Part shown: in pieces, positions 12,132 to 24,398 of the stretch
Layout of the letters: each line of letters begins with the position of its first letter
Numbering within the stretch: the stretch's first letter is position 1
Source of the DNA: Podarcis gaigeae
Taxonomy: Eukaryota
Length of the DNA stretch: 64,000 nt
Strand: one strand, 5' to 3'
Assembly (NCBI GenBank): GCA_964106915.2
Contig: OZ066919.1
Translations under genes and position numbers: made by a program
The notes under the pieces: model-generated
Database searches by the model: none
Seen by the model: the letters and a program-made list of their open reading frames with translations, nothing else
What the model was told of the DNA's origin: nothing

Positions 12132-12387
12132 CCGTATTTTTCGCTCTATAAGACGCACCAGACCACAAGACGCACCTAGTTTTTGGAGGAGAACAAGAAA
12201 AAAAATATTCTGAATCTCAGGAGCCAGAACAGCAAGAGGGATCGCTGTGCAGTGAAAGCAGCAATCCCTCTTGCTGTTGTGGCTTCTTTGATAGCTGCGC
12301 AGCCTGCATTCGCTCCATAAGACGCACACACATTTCCCCTTACTTTTTAGGAGAGAAAAAGTGAGTCTTATAGAGCAAAAAATACGG
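12132..12387. mobile_element. Tc1/mariner-superfamily (Tc2/pogo-like) MITE
   Basis: TIRs ccgtatttttcgctctataagac...gtcttatagagcaaaaaatacgg, flanked by TA. Confidence 0.9.
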
Positions 12388-14629
12388 TAAGTTATGTAGC
12401 AAGATTGCATAAAAACAAACAATAAATGCAGCATGGAGGCAGGAAGGCTATAACTGGTTGTCATCTCAAGAATCGGAAGGGTGGAAATAAACCACACTGT
12501 AGCTGGAGTCACATGGCCGTTTATTTCCTTTTCATAACTTTTCCCTAACTTAAGTTCCACATTATATTTGAGCTTTCAGATGATGTGCTCACTTCCATGT
12601 TACTTGCTTCCGGGGGGGGGGGGGGGAGAGTGTTTGCAAATAGTAAGAAAATGTGTGTGATATATTCCACAATAGTTCCCAAAATGCCTTTCACTGTGTG
12701 TGAAGGCTCAAATACAACATGAAAATGAACAGTTTTGTGAAAATGGAATAAACTTCCATGTGACTACAGCTTGTGTCCTCTGAGCTCCTTGCCTGCCTCA
12801 CCCTGCCATTGCTTGGTTGGGGAACAGTATTTCGCAGGCTTTGTTTCCGCCTCTTGCATGCAACCACACAAGGCGGCCGACAAACGCAGCTCAGTGCTCC
12901 CCAAGTAATTTCCACCGCCCAGGCTTTGCCAAGCCAGTAATGGGCCCTTTCTCTTCAGTGCAGGCTGGCCCTGGATATAGAAGGCTTTGCATTACAAAGA
13001 CAAAATATTGTGTGGCACTTCACCTTTCCCTACCTCAAGTCTGTGTAACATTAAATGAGCTATGAATTGTAAGGTACTTTTATGCTATAGTGTGTCATAG
13101 AACTTTCAAATGTTTTATTTTTAAATTTATTTTATTCATGCCAAAGTATGCCAACATCCCTTTTGACTCTATTACGTCTCTGCTTCTTTTCAAACACTGA
13201 CCCTAACAAGCATTACGGGCAGGCCACTATCCCTCTGGAACAATGGGCTAATATTGAAAGATCTGAACATCTACTTTTTCTCCTTGGCTTAATTGCCTGA
13301 AGGAGGTTTTTGTTGATTGGGTTTCTGTTGCTATTGGTTTCTGTTAAACTGCAGTAACTCTGCATTGGCTGCTCATCTCATTAGCTGCTGGTTTTGTTAT
13401 TTTATCTGTGATTATATTCAGGTCTTTAATTGGAAGACACCGTAAGGAAGTTTACTCCTAAAAGATGGCACATTAATATTTTAATAAACAGGCAAGAACA
13501 GAGGAGCTGCCATAGAGCAGGACAGAATCCTTCTCCATCTAACTTGATATTATCTACTGTGACTGGCAGCAGCTATCTAGGACGGCCTTCTACAACTTTG
13601 TGTCCTCCAGATTACCTGGATTCCCAACCCCCATCCACCCCTGCATGGTCAGTAGTCAGGAATGATGGATGTTATCAGATACATCAGGAGAGCATCAGCT
13701 TGGGAAAGGCTTGAGAAAGGTTGCAGGTATGGTTTGCCCCTCTCATCCGCTACCTGGTCCTTAAACTGGGAACTCCAGCTATTGAACCAGGTATTTTTCT
13801 GTCTACCATTGAGCGAAAAAGCCTGTTCAAAAGCCCGCTGTGCAAAAGTATTCGTTTTACTACAGGCATAATTCTACCTGCTTTGGAGAAACAGAAAGAT
13901 CTGACCTTGACCTCATGGAAACCCTGAGAAAGATGTCTTTGTTTGCTTTAAAAATTGCCTTTTAATGCGGCTTTAGTGGCTGCATTAGTGACACACAGAT
14001 TGCTTTCAGTGTGCTATGCAAGATTGCTTGCCATTTATTTGGAATAGCATTCTTCATCCATTTCTATTTTCATAGTGTTAAAAGCCTGCACCTTGTGTGG
14101 CAATTGGTCATTAGCCATTTTTGAATGAAACTTTACAAGACACGTCTTGCAGGAATTCTATAGACAGTCCTAGCTGTAAGCTTTCTTAATGGAGTCGAAC
14201 ACTTCATTCCCCACCTGCACAGTGGAGGTAACATCTGTTTATAGCCTCGACTTGGCGGAAGATTATTGCACTTTTACACCCTGATGCAAACTGGAGAAAG
14301 CAAGGAGGCAGAAGCATATTTCTGACCCATTCTAGTAAATGCTGTGAGAATGGTAGGCAGAAGTATGGGCACCCCGAACAACACAAGCAGTGGTGGTGCT
14401 TTGTCCCCATTGGGACTGGTAGGGTGGAAGGCAGGGAGGCCAACAGGCAAAGCCCAGAGCCAATGATCAGCAGAGCCAGAAGCTGATAATGGGGGAACCA
14501 ACTGATTTAACCCCATCTGCCTCCCTCTACAAGGACAAAACTGAGACTGAGGAGGTGGAAGGGGCACCCCTTGGGCTGGCTGTAGACAGGCATGGCGGGG
14601 TCTGACTGAGTGCAGACCGAGATTATCCA

Positions 14630-15160
14630 CATTTGCACCATATATCTAAAGAAACAGCCATGGTTTCTCCAAATGATTTGTGGAGCTGTAGTTTGTTAAG
14701 GATGCTGGGAAGCCTTAGAAAACTCCTATTCCCACCGCAGAGTACAGTGGTACCTTGGGTTACATACGCTTCAGGTTACATACGCTTCAGGTTACAGACT
14801 CCGCTAACCCAGAAATAGTGCTTTAGGTTAAGAACTTTGCTTCAGGATGAGAACAGAAATCGTGCTCTGGCGGCACAGCAGGAGGCCCCATTAGCTAAAG
14901 TGGTGCTTCAGGTTAAGAACAGTTTCAGGTTAAGTACGGACATCCGGAACAAATTATTTAACCCGAAGTACCACTGTACAATTACCAGAGTTCTCTGGGA
15001 AGGGGCATTGATGGTTGAACCACTTTGGGAACTGCAAATTCTGAGAGGGGAACGGGGGTCTTTTAGCAACTCATAGCACCCTTAACAATTTTGAGAAGTA
15101 ATTATTTGGGGGAAGCCATTTATTTAAAGTGGTATGCTGCTGCTTTAAATGTACAGTGCT
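14630..15160. mobile_element. Degenerate palindromic MITE hosting the 14745-14976 insertion (boundaries approximate)
   Basis: Inverted arms (ttaaggatgctg / tagcacccttaa; aacagccatggtttc / gaagccatttattt). Related sequence at ~58580-58770. Confidence 0.55.
14745..14976. mobile_element. pogo/Tigger-like MITE (CAGTGGTACC TIR family)
   Basis: TA|cagtggtacc...gtaccactg|TA with internal cttcaggtta repeats. Four near-identical copies in the window. Confidence 0.92.
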
Positions 15161-16134
15161 TAAGGGCCCACAGAATTGGAAGGAATGTCAGTGGTCCTTG
15201 AGACCAAAGCCCTGCTGATGCAGCAATTCCACTACAGCATCCTTGAAAAGTGGCGATCCAATCTCTGCTGGTTTCAAGTGGTATCATGGGGCTTTCGATG
15301 TATGACATTAATTCTACCATTGGGGAGGGGTGTTCTAATTGCCCTCTCACACCCATTTTCCTTAGCAATGCGCCATGCCTCATTTTCCTTAGTAAGGCTT
15401 TTTCGGTGTTCTGAGACAAAATAGCACCTATTCCCCCCTCACACAAACGTCGTTCCTCAAGGCTACTGACTCCGAGCACCATAAAATAGGCTGTGATTCT
15501 ATGCATCACTGACAGGAGTTGGAAGAAATGAAACAGAACCAACCTTAGCTGTGTTTGCCTGTGTGTGCTTGCACAAGCATTTAAAAATGGTTCGCAAAGA
15601 GGCTGCCTTCTGCCTATGCTATTCACACCTGCAATTAACGTACAGGTGGCACCAGGGTACCCCCCCCCCCCAAATACAACAATTAATTCATAAGTGCATT
15701 TACACAAACTGCGTGACGTTCTGGTGGCTCAGCATCTCAGAAGAGATACTGATGAAGTTCTGCATCTCAGAAGAGATACTGTGGAACTGGAAAAGATGCA
15801 GAAAGGGGCCGCCAAACCAAACAAGTGTCGGGGGGGGGGGGGGAAGAGTTATAATATTTGGGCCTTTTTAGCCCAAAATTAATGGAGGATAAGGTGGTCT
15901 TACAGTCACGATGGATATAGCCTCCAGTACCTTTGTTGGTGGGTACTATTATTCTGAATAATAGTTACTAGGGAGAATATGCAGGCGAGTGCTAAGGTGT
16001 TCTGTCCTTGTCAGCTTCCCATAAGCAATTGTTCAGCCATTGTGGGAACAAAATCTTGGTGTGATCTAGCCTCTTATTTCTCATATCTTGTGTTGCATAC
16101 GTTCTCTTATACATAATTCATTCTGCTTCTACTA

Positions 16135-16354
16135 CAGTCGTAGCTTGGTTTTTGACAGTTTAATCCATTTCGGGAGTCCATTCGACTTCCGGAACAGTTC
16201 GAAAACCAAGGCACAGCTCCCAATTGGCTGCAAGAGCATCAGACCTTCGGCTTCCGATAATCATTCAAAAACCGGAACAATCACTTCCAGTTTTCGATCG
16301 TTTAGGAGATGAAACATCTGAGTTCAAAGGCGTTTGGCTTCCGAGGTTCCACTG
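16135..16354. mobile_element. pogo/Tigger-like MITE (second family)
   Basis: TA|cagtcgtagcttgg...ccgaggttccactg|TA. Related to 24839-25087 and 39936-40185. Confidence 0.8.
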
Positions 16355-17261
16355 TAGTTACTAGAAATGCTAATATGCTATACAAAGTCCCATCTCCTAA
16401 CTAGGGGATATTTTCTTTTTAGCAGCAATATTTCACCATGCATTAACCACACTGTTTCAAGAATATTTATGCAATCGCCAAGAGGGCTAGAAACTTGCTT
16501 TGGGAGGGGGGTAAACGAAGAGTGAAATGTTTTGGATGTTGAACATTGTGAAAATGTGCTTTTTGGTAGAATCTCACAATACACGGAACGCTGAGTGTTT
16601 GCCTCGTCTTTTTTCAATACACGATTCATGCACCCAGTGTGGCTGAAGAACTGCACCATAATGACTGAGTCTCATTAAAATTCAAAATTATGAAATGGTG
16701 TCTCTGTGTCAGTGTGTCAGATATATGTGTGTGTGTGTGTGTGTGTAAGGAGGAGTAAAGAAGGAAGCATATCTTTCAGACCGCACTATTGTCTGGGATT
16801 TCGCCATCACTTCAGGGACAAGTGCCTGGAGATGAGAAAATGCCCCATGCTGCTTATAGTTAAAGAGGGCTCTAATTACATGCTGTCCTGGTGATTGTTC
16901 TATGGAGTGATAGATGCTATATTTAAGTACATTTCATCTAACAATTTCTGGGGCGATTGTGAATTAGAAAATCAAGGCCAACTTGCTCACAGATTATTCT
17001 GTTCTGGCTTCTGTGCTCTTTGTCTCCTTAATTCATGCTCCCTCTAGCTTGCAATTTTAATTAGCACCTGCTTCCATCGCATGTGGGTTATGGCAGACTG
17101 TGTCACTACACACAGCCGTGGGAATGTCAGGTTCCATTTGCTACAGTAAGTTGCGATCCCAAGCAGACTTGACACGGAAGTTCCGCGGCAAACATCTGGA
17201 CCTAAACAGTTAAGGGATTGTGGTGATCACGTCCCAGACACCAGAATACATCTGCATGCAA

Positions 17262-17513
17262 CAGTGGTGTGTGGTCAGTGGACTAGGGGGACTAGGCTAG
17301 CCCCCTAAATGTTCCCAGTAAATTAGAGTATTAAAAGCCTGCATGTTCTTCCCAAAGTCTAGGAGGCTTCCGCCCAGCTTTAGAGAAGCAGGTACGATGC
17401 TCATGTGTGCAATGTTGGGAGGTCACGGCCTCACACACGTGACGCCCCCCCATCACCCTCACAAGCTGGCACCTCAGGTCCTAACTGTTCCCCTATAAAA
17501 TATTTCACCACTG
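17262..17513. mobile_element. hAT (Tip100-like) MITE
   Basis: TIR cagtggtg...caccactg and an 8-bp TSD gcatgcaa/gcatgcag. Confidence 0.75.
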
Positions 17514-17634
17514 GCATGCAGTACCATTCAGATGTCTGGTGCCTGCCATACACTTGTGCCCTGAAGCAGTGAAACTGAGCCACCAGCATAACCATTCATG
17601 AGTTGCCAGCTGTTGGGAGTAGAAGTCGTCCTTA

Positions 17635-17992
17635 GGGACACGGGTGGCGCTGTGGTCTAAACCACCAAGCCTCTTGAGCTTGCTGATCAGGTCAGCGGTT
17701 CAAATCCGCACAACAGGGTGAGCTCCCGTTGCTCTGTCTCAGCTCCTACCAACCTAGCAGTTTAAAAACACACCAGTGCAAGTAGATAAATGGGTACTGC
17801 TGCGGTGGGAAGGTAAACAGCATTTCCGTGCGCTCTGGATTCCATCACGCCAGAAGCAGTTTAGTCATGCTGGCCACATGACCTGGAAAGCTGTCTGCGG
17901 ACAAACGCCGGCTTCCTTGGGCTGAAAGTGAAATGAACGCTACAACCCCATAGTTGCCTTAACCGTCCAGGGGTCCTTTACCTTTTACCTTT
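17635..17992 (+). mobile_element. Sauria SINE (Squam1)
   Basis: tRNA-like head gggacacgggtggcgctgtgg...ggttcaaatcc, core gtgcaagtagataaat, (ACCTTT)n tail and degenerate TSD agaagtNgtcct. Confidence 0.92.
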
Positions 17993-18439
17993 AGAAGTGG
18001 TCCTAGGATGGAGAAGCACAAACAGAGGCGCCGCCTTACAAATTGGTATTGATTTAGGATTTATTCTGCAGGGGGAAAGATCCCCCAAAGCCAAGTGTAT
18101 TTCAAAAGCCCTGAATCCCAGAGTTTGTGTCCTTCAAGAAAGCATCTTTCTAGAAAGAGTATCTCAAGAGAACTTATTCTTGCAGAAGACAGCTCCAACA
18201 TTCATTGCCCTTGAGGAGCATTTTAATAATATTGGATCAAACCTGGAATGCAGATTTGAGCTTTATTGTTAATGTCACTAAATTCCTTGCAACGGTAACT
18301 GAAGGTTTTCTGTTCTTTTCTCTGATCTAGATCCTTGCCTGTAAGAGTTTATCTGCCGTTTTCCCAGCTGTGTCTTCTGTACTCATCTTCTCCCGCTTTC
18401 TTTTCCTGTGCTAGTTTTGGAACTAACATAGCTTTGTTT

Positions 18440-18573
18440 CTGAAGTGTGTATCTGAAGAAGTGTGCATGCACACGAAAGCTCATACCAAGAACTGACTTA
18501 GTTGGTCTTTAAGGTGCTACTGGAAGGAATTTTTTTTGTTTTGACTATGGCAGACCAACACGGCTACCTATCT
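18440..18573 (+). mobile_element. Penelope-like (Neptune-type) pLTR fragment
   Basis: ctgaagaagtg...cacgaaagctcat...ttagttggtctttaaggtgc motif typical of reptile PLE ends. Exact 12-bp TSD ATAGCTTTGTTT at 18428-18439 and 18574-18585. Confidence 0.8.
18449..18486 (+). ncRNA. Minimal type I hammerhead ribozyme motif
   Basis: Helix I gtat/atac, core CUGAAGA, helix II gtgtg-catg-cacac, GAAA, palindromic AGCU helix III and a CUC cleavage triplet. Confidence 0.7.
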
Positions 18574-19329
18574 ATAGCTTTGTTTGTTAACCTTAACGGA
18601 CGGACACACTGATAATTATTTTCTAAAATAAGAAATAGAGGAGGCGGGGTTTAGGTGCTGTTGTACAGCCAACATATCAGACGAGCTCCTTGAATTGTAG
18701 AAGTTGAGGCTTTTCTTTCATTTATTTCTACTAACTCTAGAGTCAAGAGTTTTTATTAACGCATCCTTCAATTTCGAATCATGCTACTTTTATGTTCGTT
18801 TTTAAAAGCTTCATTTGATGGTAAATGTTCAAGAAAAGGTTATTGAGCTCATTCAGGATTCTCCCCTCTGTGCTATCCATTTACCAAGACAGTACTGATA
18901 GTTGAATAACTGGATTTTATTTTTTTCAAGCAAGCTAAACTATAATAAATTGCATTGAGTCTTCTTAACAAACAACTTTAACCTGAACGCATTCACTTCT
19001 GTTAAGTAAATCTCTTATCCCATTACCTTTTAAAACACTTTTTTTAAAACAGAAAGGAAGAGATTAGGAAACATCCGCTAGATTCCAGTGCCTCAATGAT
19101 GAGTTGTATCTCTTCTTTCAAACTACCTGCAGCAGTATTGAGACCATTAATATGGCACAGTTTGATCTTGAAGTGCCACTGGGCTGCATGCCTCAAGAAG
19201 AAAATCAATAGACCAGACAGAACGGATGAGATCCTAGATTCAATATTTTGTTATCTAAAGAGATCTGGGAGGGAGGAATTTGTGAGGGTACAAAACATGA
19301 GAAAGTAGCCACACTGGAAATTGCCTTAG

Positions 19330-19427
19330 GAGCCCAGAGCACTGCTGTATGCAGGCTGTGGCTCTTCAGGATTAAACCTGGGACCTTCCCATGCCAAACA
19401 GAAGCTGTACCACTAAGCTGCAGCCCT
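19330..19427 (-). mobile_element. Degenerate tRNA-derived SINE head
   Basis: Reverse complement shows A-box (gcagcttagtggtacagc) and B-box (caggtttaatcc) like motifs. Confidence 0.55.
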
Positions 19428-19846
19428 TCTCCAAACCTCTTGTGGTGAAAATCATGTGTGGATTTTGTGGCGCTGTGTGCGGCGGTAAAATACCTGCCAG
19501 CAGCATGCCAGCAAGAAGGCTGTCTGAATGGCAAGACTATTCAAATTTGTTAAGACACGGAACTGAGAACTGAGCTTGGTACTCAATATCAGGCTTGGAT
19601 CCAGCATAGTGCTAAGTATACATCCTCTCAACTCAAGGATTTCCACTTGTGAAACGGGACTTTCCCACTTCTTCTCAGCCTGCGGGCTCCCCAACTCTGC
19701 TCCAGATTGCTCCTGAGGACAGATTTTGAGGGGAGTGCAGAACAGTTGCTTAGTGCTATGTTGGATGCAAGCCACATGTATTTTACAAGGCTAGTACCAT
19801 AGATTCAAACCTGCCTATTTTCAACTTTCGGCCAGATCGCTATAAA

Positions 19847-20087
19847 CAGGGGTCAGCAACCTTTTTCAGCCGTGGGGCAGTCCACCATCCCTCAGACCAT
19901 GTGGTGGGCTGGACTATATTTTGGAGGGAAAAAATGAACGAATTCCTATGCGCCACAAATAACCCAGAGATGCATTTTAAATAAAAGAACACATTGTACT
20001 AATGTAAAAACACGCTGATTCCCAGACCATCCACGGGCCAGATTGAGAAGGCAATTGCAGCCCCCAGGCCTTGGGTTGCCTACCCCA
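19847..20087. mobile_element. hAT (Charlie-like) MITE
   Basis: caggggtcagcaac...gttgcctacccc with an 8-bp TSD GCTATAAA. Reverse complement of the 10476 copy. Confidence 0.88.
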
Positions 20088-20215
20088 GCTATAAATATTG
20101 TTTATACTTGACAATCACGAGCCCGGGACAAGCACACCAAACTCTACACTGCTTCTTCCACACAAAGGGTGTTGCAGTCCATTTTCTCAGCAGGTTCTCT
20201 GTTGTCTTTACAGAC

Positions 20216-20600
20216 AAAGGTAAAAGATAAAGGACCCCGGGATGGTTAAGTCCAGTGAAAGGTGACTATGGGGCGCGGCACTTATCTCGCTTTTCTGGTC
20301 GAGGGAGCCGGAGTTTGTCTACAGACAGCTTTCTGGGTCATATGGCCATCATGACTAAAATGCTTCTGGCGCAACGGGACACCATGATGAGTGCCAGAGC
20401 ACACAGAAATGCCATTTACCTTCCTGCCAGAGCAGTATCTATTTATCTACTTGCGCTGGTGTGCTTTTGAACTGCTAGGTTGGCAGAAGCTGGGACAAAG
20501 CAACAGGAGCTCACCCCGTCTCAATGATTCAAACCACCAACCTTCTGATCGGCAAGCCCTAGAGGCTCAGTGGTTTAGACCACAGCACCACCCATATCCC
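20216..20600 (-). mobile_element. Sauria SINE
   Basis: aaaggt tail, core atttatctacttgc, and tRNA head at the right end. Confidence 0.9.
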
Positions 20601-21760
20601 ATCTATAGAGACAACACCATTAGTCATCCTCAAGCTGCCAACCCATTGAAGCTTAATGCACCCAAACACTTAGGCTCAAAACGGTACATTATGATTCTTA
20701 ATCCTATGCCCATTTATTTGGGTTTAAATCCCACTGAACTCAATGGGATTTGCTTCTAGGTAGATATACGCATATGGTGTTACATGGTTTAGGAGTCTGC
20801 CGGCCATATTTATTAAATTTATTTAAAATATCGTAGGCTGTCCTTTAGGGTCAAATCCATTCATGGCAGTATCCAGCATAGAAATTGAATATAATCAATA
20901 ACAAAAAAATTCAAAGGGTTGGGGTGCTTGCAGCTAAACCTGCCCTAGGTCCTTTTTCATTTAAAAATACTCTCCCCAAACTATTACTTCATCTTTAGAG
21001 AAAGGAAGAGTCCTCATATCCCACCACCCCCATGCTAATTTATGAATGAAAAGGCAGCTTAGTGAGTACAACTTTGACGTGGAAAAGAGCCTGATGGGAA
21101 AGGGCTATGCCTGCCTGCCCGCTTTTACTGCCTGGAGCCTGCCCAGGCTGCTTTGAGTTTGAAAACACAGAGGAAAGAATAATGTCACTCCACTTAATGC
21201 ACAGTTTGAGCCTCCATTTCATTTATGAGCCTCAGCCAGAGTTCAGATCCCAGGTTTTACTTTCACCTCAGAGTTTGTTCTGATGGCATGCCAGCAGCCA
21301 GCTTTCATTAACGGAACTTCTCACACAAGTGATGTAGACAGACACACACTCTCCGAAACCTCCCTCTCCCTGCTGACCATAACATCTCTCATTGCCTAGG
21401 TTACAGACTGTTCCCCACCTAATGTTCCTTTCTATGTATGATGCAGCATTACAATATTCTGGATGATTTCATGGGATCTCGTCTATGACCAAGGTGACAT
21501 AGGACACTATTTCCTCCCAGTGGACCTTGATAGGGATGAAATGACATACGGATTGCAGGCAAACAGCAAGACAAACCAAACAGCATTGCCTCGAAATGTC
21601 ATGATGTGAACCTTTCCAAAAACCACTAGTTACCCTAGTATGCAAGTTGCTTCCATGGCAGGAGGAGAAAGCTTTGGGCTCATCCATCCTGACCCTTTGG
21701 AGATGTGCACATTTTAGTAGGAGCTGGAATCTTGCCTACATTATAGGCAAAAGCCTGATC

Positions 21761-21907
21761 ACAGAATCATACAGTTGGAAAGGACTCTGAGGATCACCTA
21801 AGTCCAACCGGCTGCAATGCAGGAATATGCAGCTGTCCCTTATGGGGATTGAACCTGCAACCTTGGGGTTATCAGCACCACACTCTAACCAACTGAGCTA
21901 TCCAGGG
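21761..21907 (-). mobile_element. tRNA(Ile)-derived SINE with a CR1-type 3' tail (possibly Squam2)
   Basis: Reverse complement reads ggatagctcagttggttagag...gctgataac...ggttcaatccc, then gtcctttccaactgtatgattct (CR1 tail). Confidence 0.75.
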
Positions 21908-22929
21908 CATTCCAATCCAGCTCATTCACATACACACACCTATTTCATGTGAAGGACGTGCTGCATGAACAGGATATTTATAGGCATAAACCCTGGTTCA
22001 TATTAAAGTTTCCAAGTGTTTGGTGGGGAAGGCTATGCAAGCCTGAAATTCATTACCATGCCTTGGTGCATGTACCAGTTAGCTCAAGCCTCATGACCCT
22101 CCAGATTGTGGTACCTCTAGCTTCCATCAACTTCGATCATTGGACATGTTGGCTGGGGATGATGGGAAGTGGAGTTCATCGCCATCTGAAGGACTGCATG
22201 CCCTCCACCTCTGCCTTTGATGCTAAAGCTATGGGGAGCCTCACCTTTAAGCAGATGGATAGCAGATGGACATATTCATGAGTGCGGTTCTCTTCTCAGA
22301 TTTATAAAAGCATGATTTATTGCAATTTGGTTTCCCCACCCACTTCTTCCACTGTTTTAACTCCCAGCCCTGTTGTTCAGGGAATTACAATGTGCCTAAC
22401 TGATACAAATGTGAAGTGGCTACCATTCTGAAACTCAGCAAAACAAAAGCATTTCCAGGTCACCCTTTCAAGGGTTTCATTCATTATAAAAGGTGACATC
22501 CTGCTGTTCCTGGGGCATCCTGCCCTTGAGTCAGCTCTGAAGGATTGAATGCAAGGCAAACAGAGATGCCAGCAGGAGAGCAGAGTAAAATAAAGAGCTC
22601 AGCCTGGCAAAGATTAAATTAAAATACCTGCCTTTCATCAAGTTATGTATTCAATTTGTTGAATTAAAGTTATACAGCTCATTACATGTCTCTTGGCATA
22701 GCGCTGCTTGCGAGAAGCAAACTCAGCACCGGAGCCACAAGGAAATGGGAAAAAGGCCAGCATTGCTTTTAATGTTCAAAAGCCACGAGTGGACCCTCCA
22801 GGTGTGGGAACACGGAGGAAAGTGGCCTCAAGGCCGTCTGACAGCCAAAAGAGCAGGAGCTAAGCAGCATACAGATAAACAGACCTGCCTGAGAGCAGTC
22901 CAGCTCTGGAGGGAAGCATACGCTTTTTA

Positions 22930-23808
22930 TGCACCTTGGCACGAAGAACCAGATGCACAAATATAAGACGGGGGACACCTGGCATACCAGCAGTACATGT
23001 GAAAAGGAGGATCTAGTGGTCTTAGTAAACCACAAGCTTAACATGTGCCAAAAGCGTGATGCAGCGAGGGGTGGGATCTAATGTTATTCTAGGCAGCATC
23101 AACTGAAGTATAGTGTCCAGATCAGGGAAAGTAGCAGTACCACTCTATTCTGCCTTGGGCAGATCACACCTGGGACTCAGCTACATTAGTAAAGAAAAAA
23201 GTGTTTTATATGCGTTATAACACTGTGACACCAGATGGCGCTGTGGGGTTCCGTCTTTCGCCAACGTGATTTCCCACTTTCAAGTTTACAATGTGTTTTC
23301 CTGAAATGCTGTTTTTGATGTATCTAGTTCAAGCCATGGAATACTATGTCCAGTTCTGGGCACCACAAACAACTTAAGAAGGAAGTTGACAAGCCAGGAT
23401 GTGTGCAGAGGAGGGCAACCAATAGGATCAAGGGTCTGGAAACGAAGCCTCATGAGGAGCGCTTGAAGGAGCTGGGTATGTTTAGCCTGGAAAAAAGGAG
23501 ACTGAGAGGAGATAGGATAGACATCTTCAAAGGGCTGAAGGGCTGTCACATGGAAGAGGGAACAAGCTTGTTTTCTTGCTCTGAAGGGTAGGACTCGAAT
23601 CAAGGGCTTCAAGTTACAAGAAGGGAGATTCCGAAGAGCATTCTGACAGCAAGAGCTGATCAACAGTGGAACGGTCTCCTTTGGGAGGTTGTGGGCTCTT
23701 CTTCCTTGAAGGTTTTTAAGCAGAGGTTGCCTGGCCATCTGTCATGGATGCTTTAGTTGAGATTTCTACTTTGCAGAGGCTTGCCCTGCAACTCTATGAT
23801 TCTATGAC
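22930..23808 (+). mobile_element. CR1 LINE 3' fragment, interrupted at ~23177-23337
   Basis: ORF 23346..23591 reads VQRRATNRIKGLETKPHEERLKELGMFSLEKRRLRGD (CR1 RT C-terminus). Tail ctctatgattctatga. Confidence 0.93.
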
Positions 23809-23997
23809 TTCCAGAGGGGTTGTTATAAACCCTTAGGAGGTTATCAAGATGAAACTCCAGCCTTAAGTATGTTATATGTATCTGAGCAAATGTGGGGTCA
23901 ATTACGGAAGTGTGAGCACCCACCTTCTTAGTGTTAGATTGCTATGGCACCTTTCATAAGTGGCGAGAAGTTCTGGGGGCTCAGCGCTTTCCAGGAT

Positions 23998-24398
23998 TGG
24001 TTTCATTTTAAAGGAGGTCGCCAGAGGCTTATGGCACTTTGGAATATATGAGATTTGTTTACAGATATGCAGGTTGAGCAAATGAGGAAGCAAACTAGCT
24101 TACGGGGTCTCTTCTCCGTTTCGGGGGGCGCTTCTGGTGCCCGCCGAGTCCCATGACCACAGGCTTTCGCTGCCTGTGGGTTTCCGATGCGGGTCTCCTC
24201 TTCGCCGTAGCGGACGACCCGTTTCTGCGGAGCTCCCCCTTCACAACTAGAAGAGGGCAGCCATTGCCGTTCGTGCCGCCTCCGGAAGCCCCTGGTTTTA
24301 TTTTAAAGGAGGTCGCCGGAGGCTTATGGCACTTTGGAATATATGAGATTTGTTTACAGAGATGCAGGTTGAGCAAATGAGGAGGCAAACTAGCTTAC
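23998..24398. repeat. 106-bp direct repeats (23998-24103 and 24293-24398) flanking a CpG-rich insert
   Basis: The two copies differ at 4 positions by direct comparison. Confidence 0.95.
24104..24292 (-). mobile_element. Probable L1 5' end (promoter) fragment
   Basis: The minus strand starts GGGGCTTCCGG...AATGGC after an A-rich target-like site (tttaaaataaaacca), resembling non-mammalian L1 5' termini. 18 CpG in 189 bp. Confidence 0.55.

Noticed and set aside
14757-14840. Short repeated cttcaggtta units resembling a spaced array
   Set aside because: Internal subterminal repeats of the pogo-like MITE. This is eukaryotic DNA, not CRISPR.
15120-15707. 195-aa minus-strand ORF
   Set aside because: No recognisable domain or splice context, a non-ATG start, and random-looking composition.
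15732-15781. 20-bp direct repeat gcatctcagaagagatactg
   Set aside because: Simple local slippage duplication with no further structure.
21840-21907. Apparent tRNA-Ile gene
   Set aside because: The acceptor stem is degenerate and it is fused to a CR1-type tail, so it is a SINE head.
24095-24388. Paired ORFs 23902..24093 and 24095..24388 with similar N-termini
   Set aside because: The similarity comes from the 106-bp DNA duplication. There is no coding signal.
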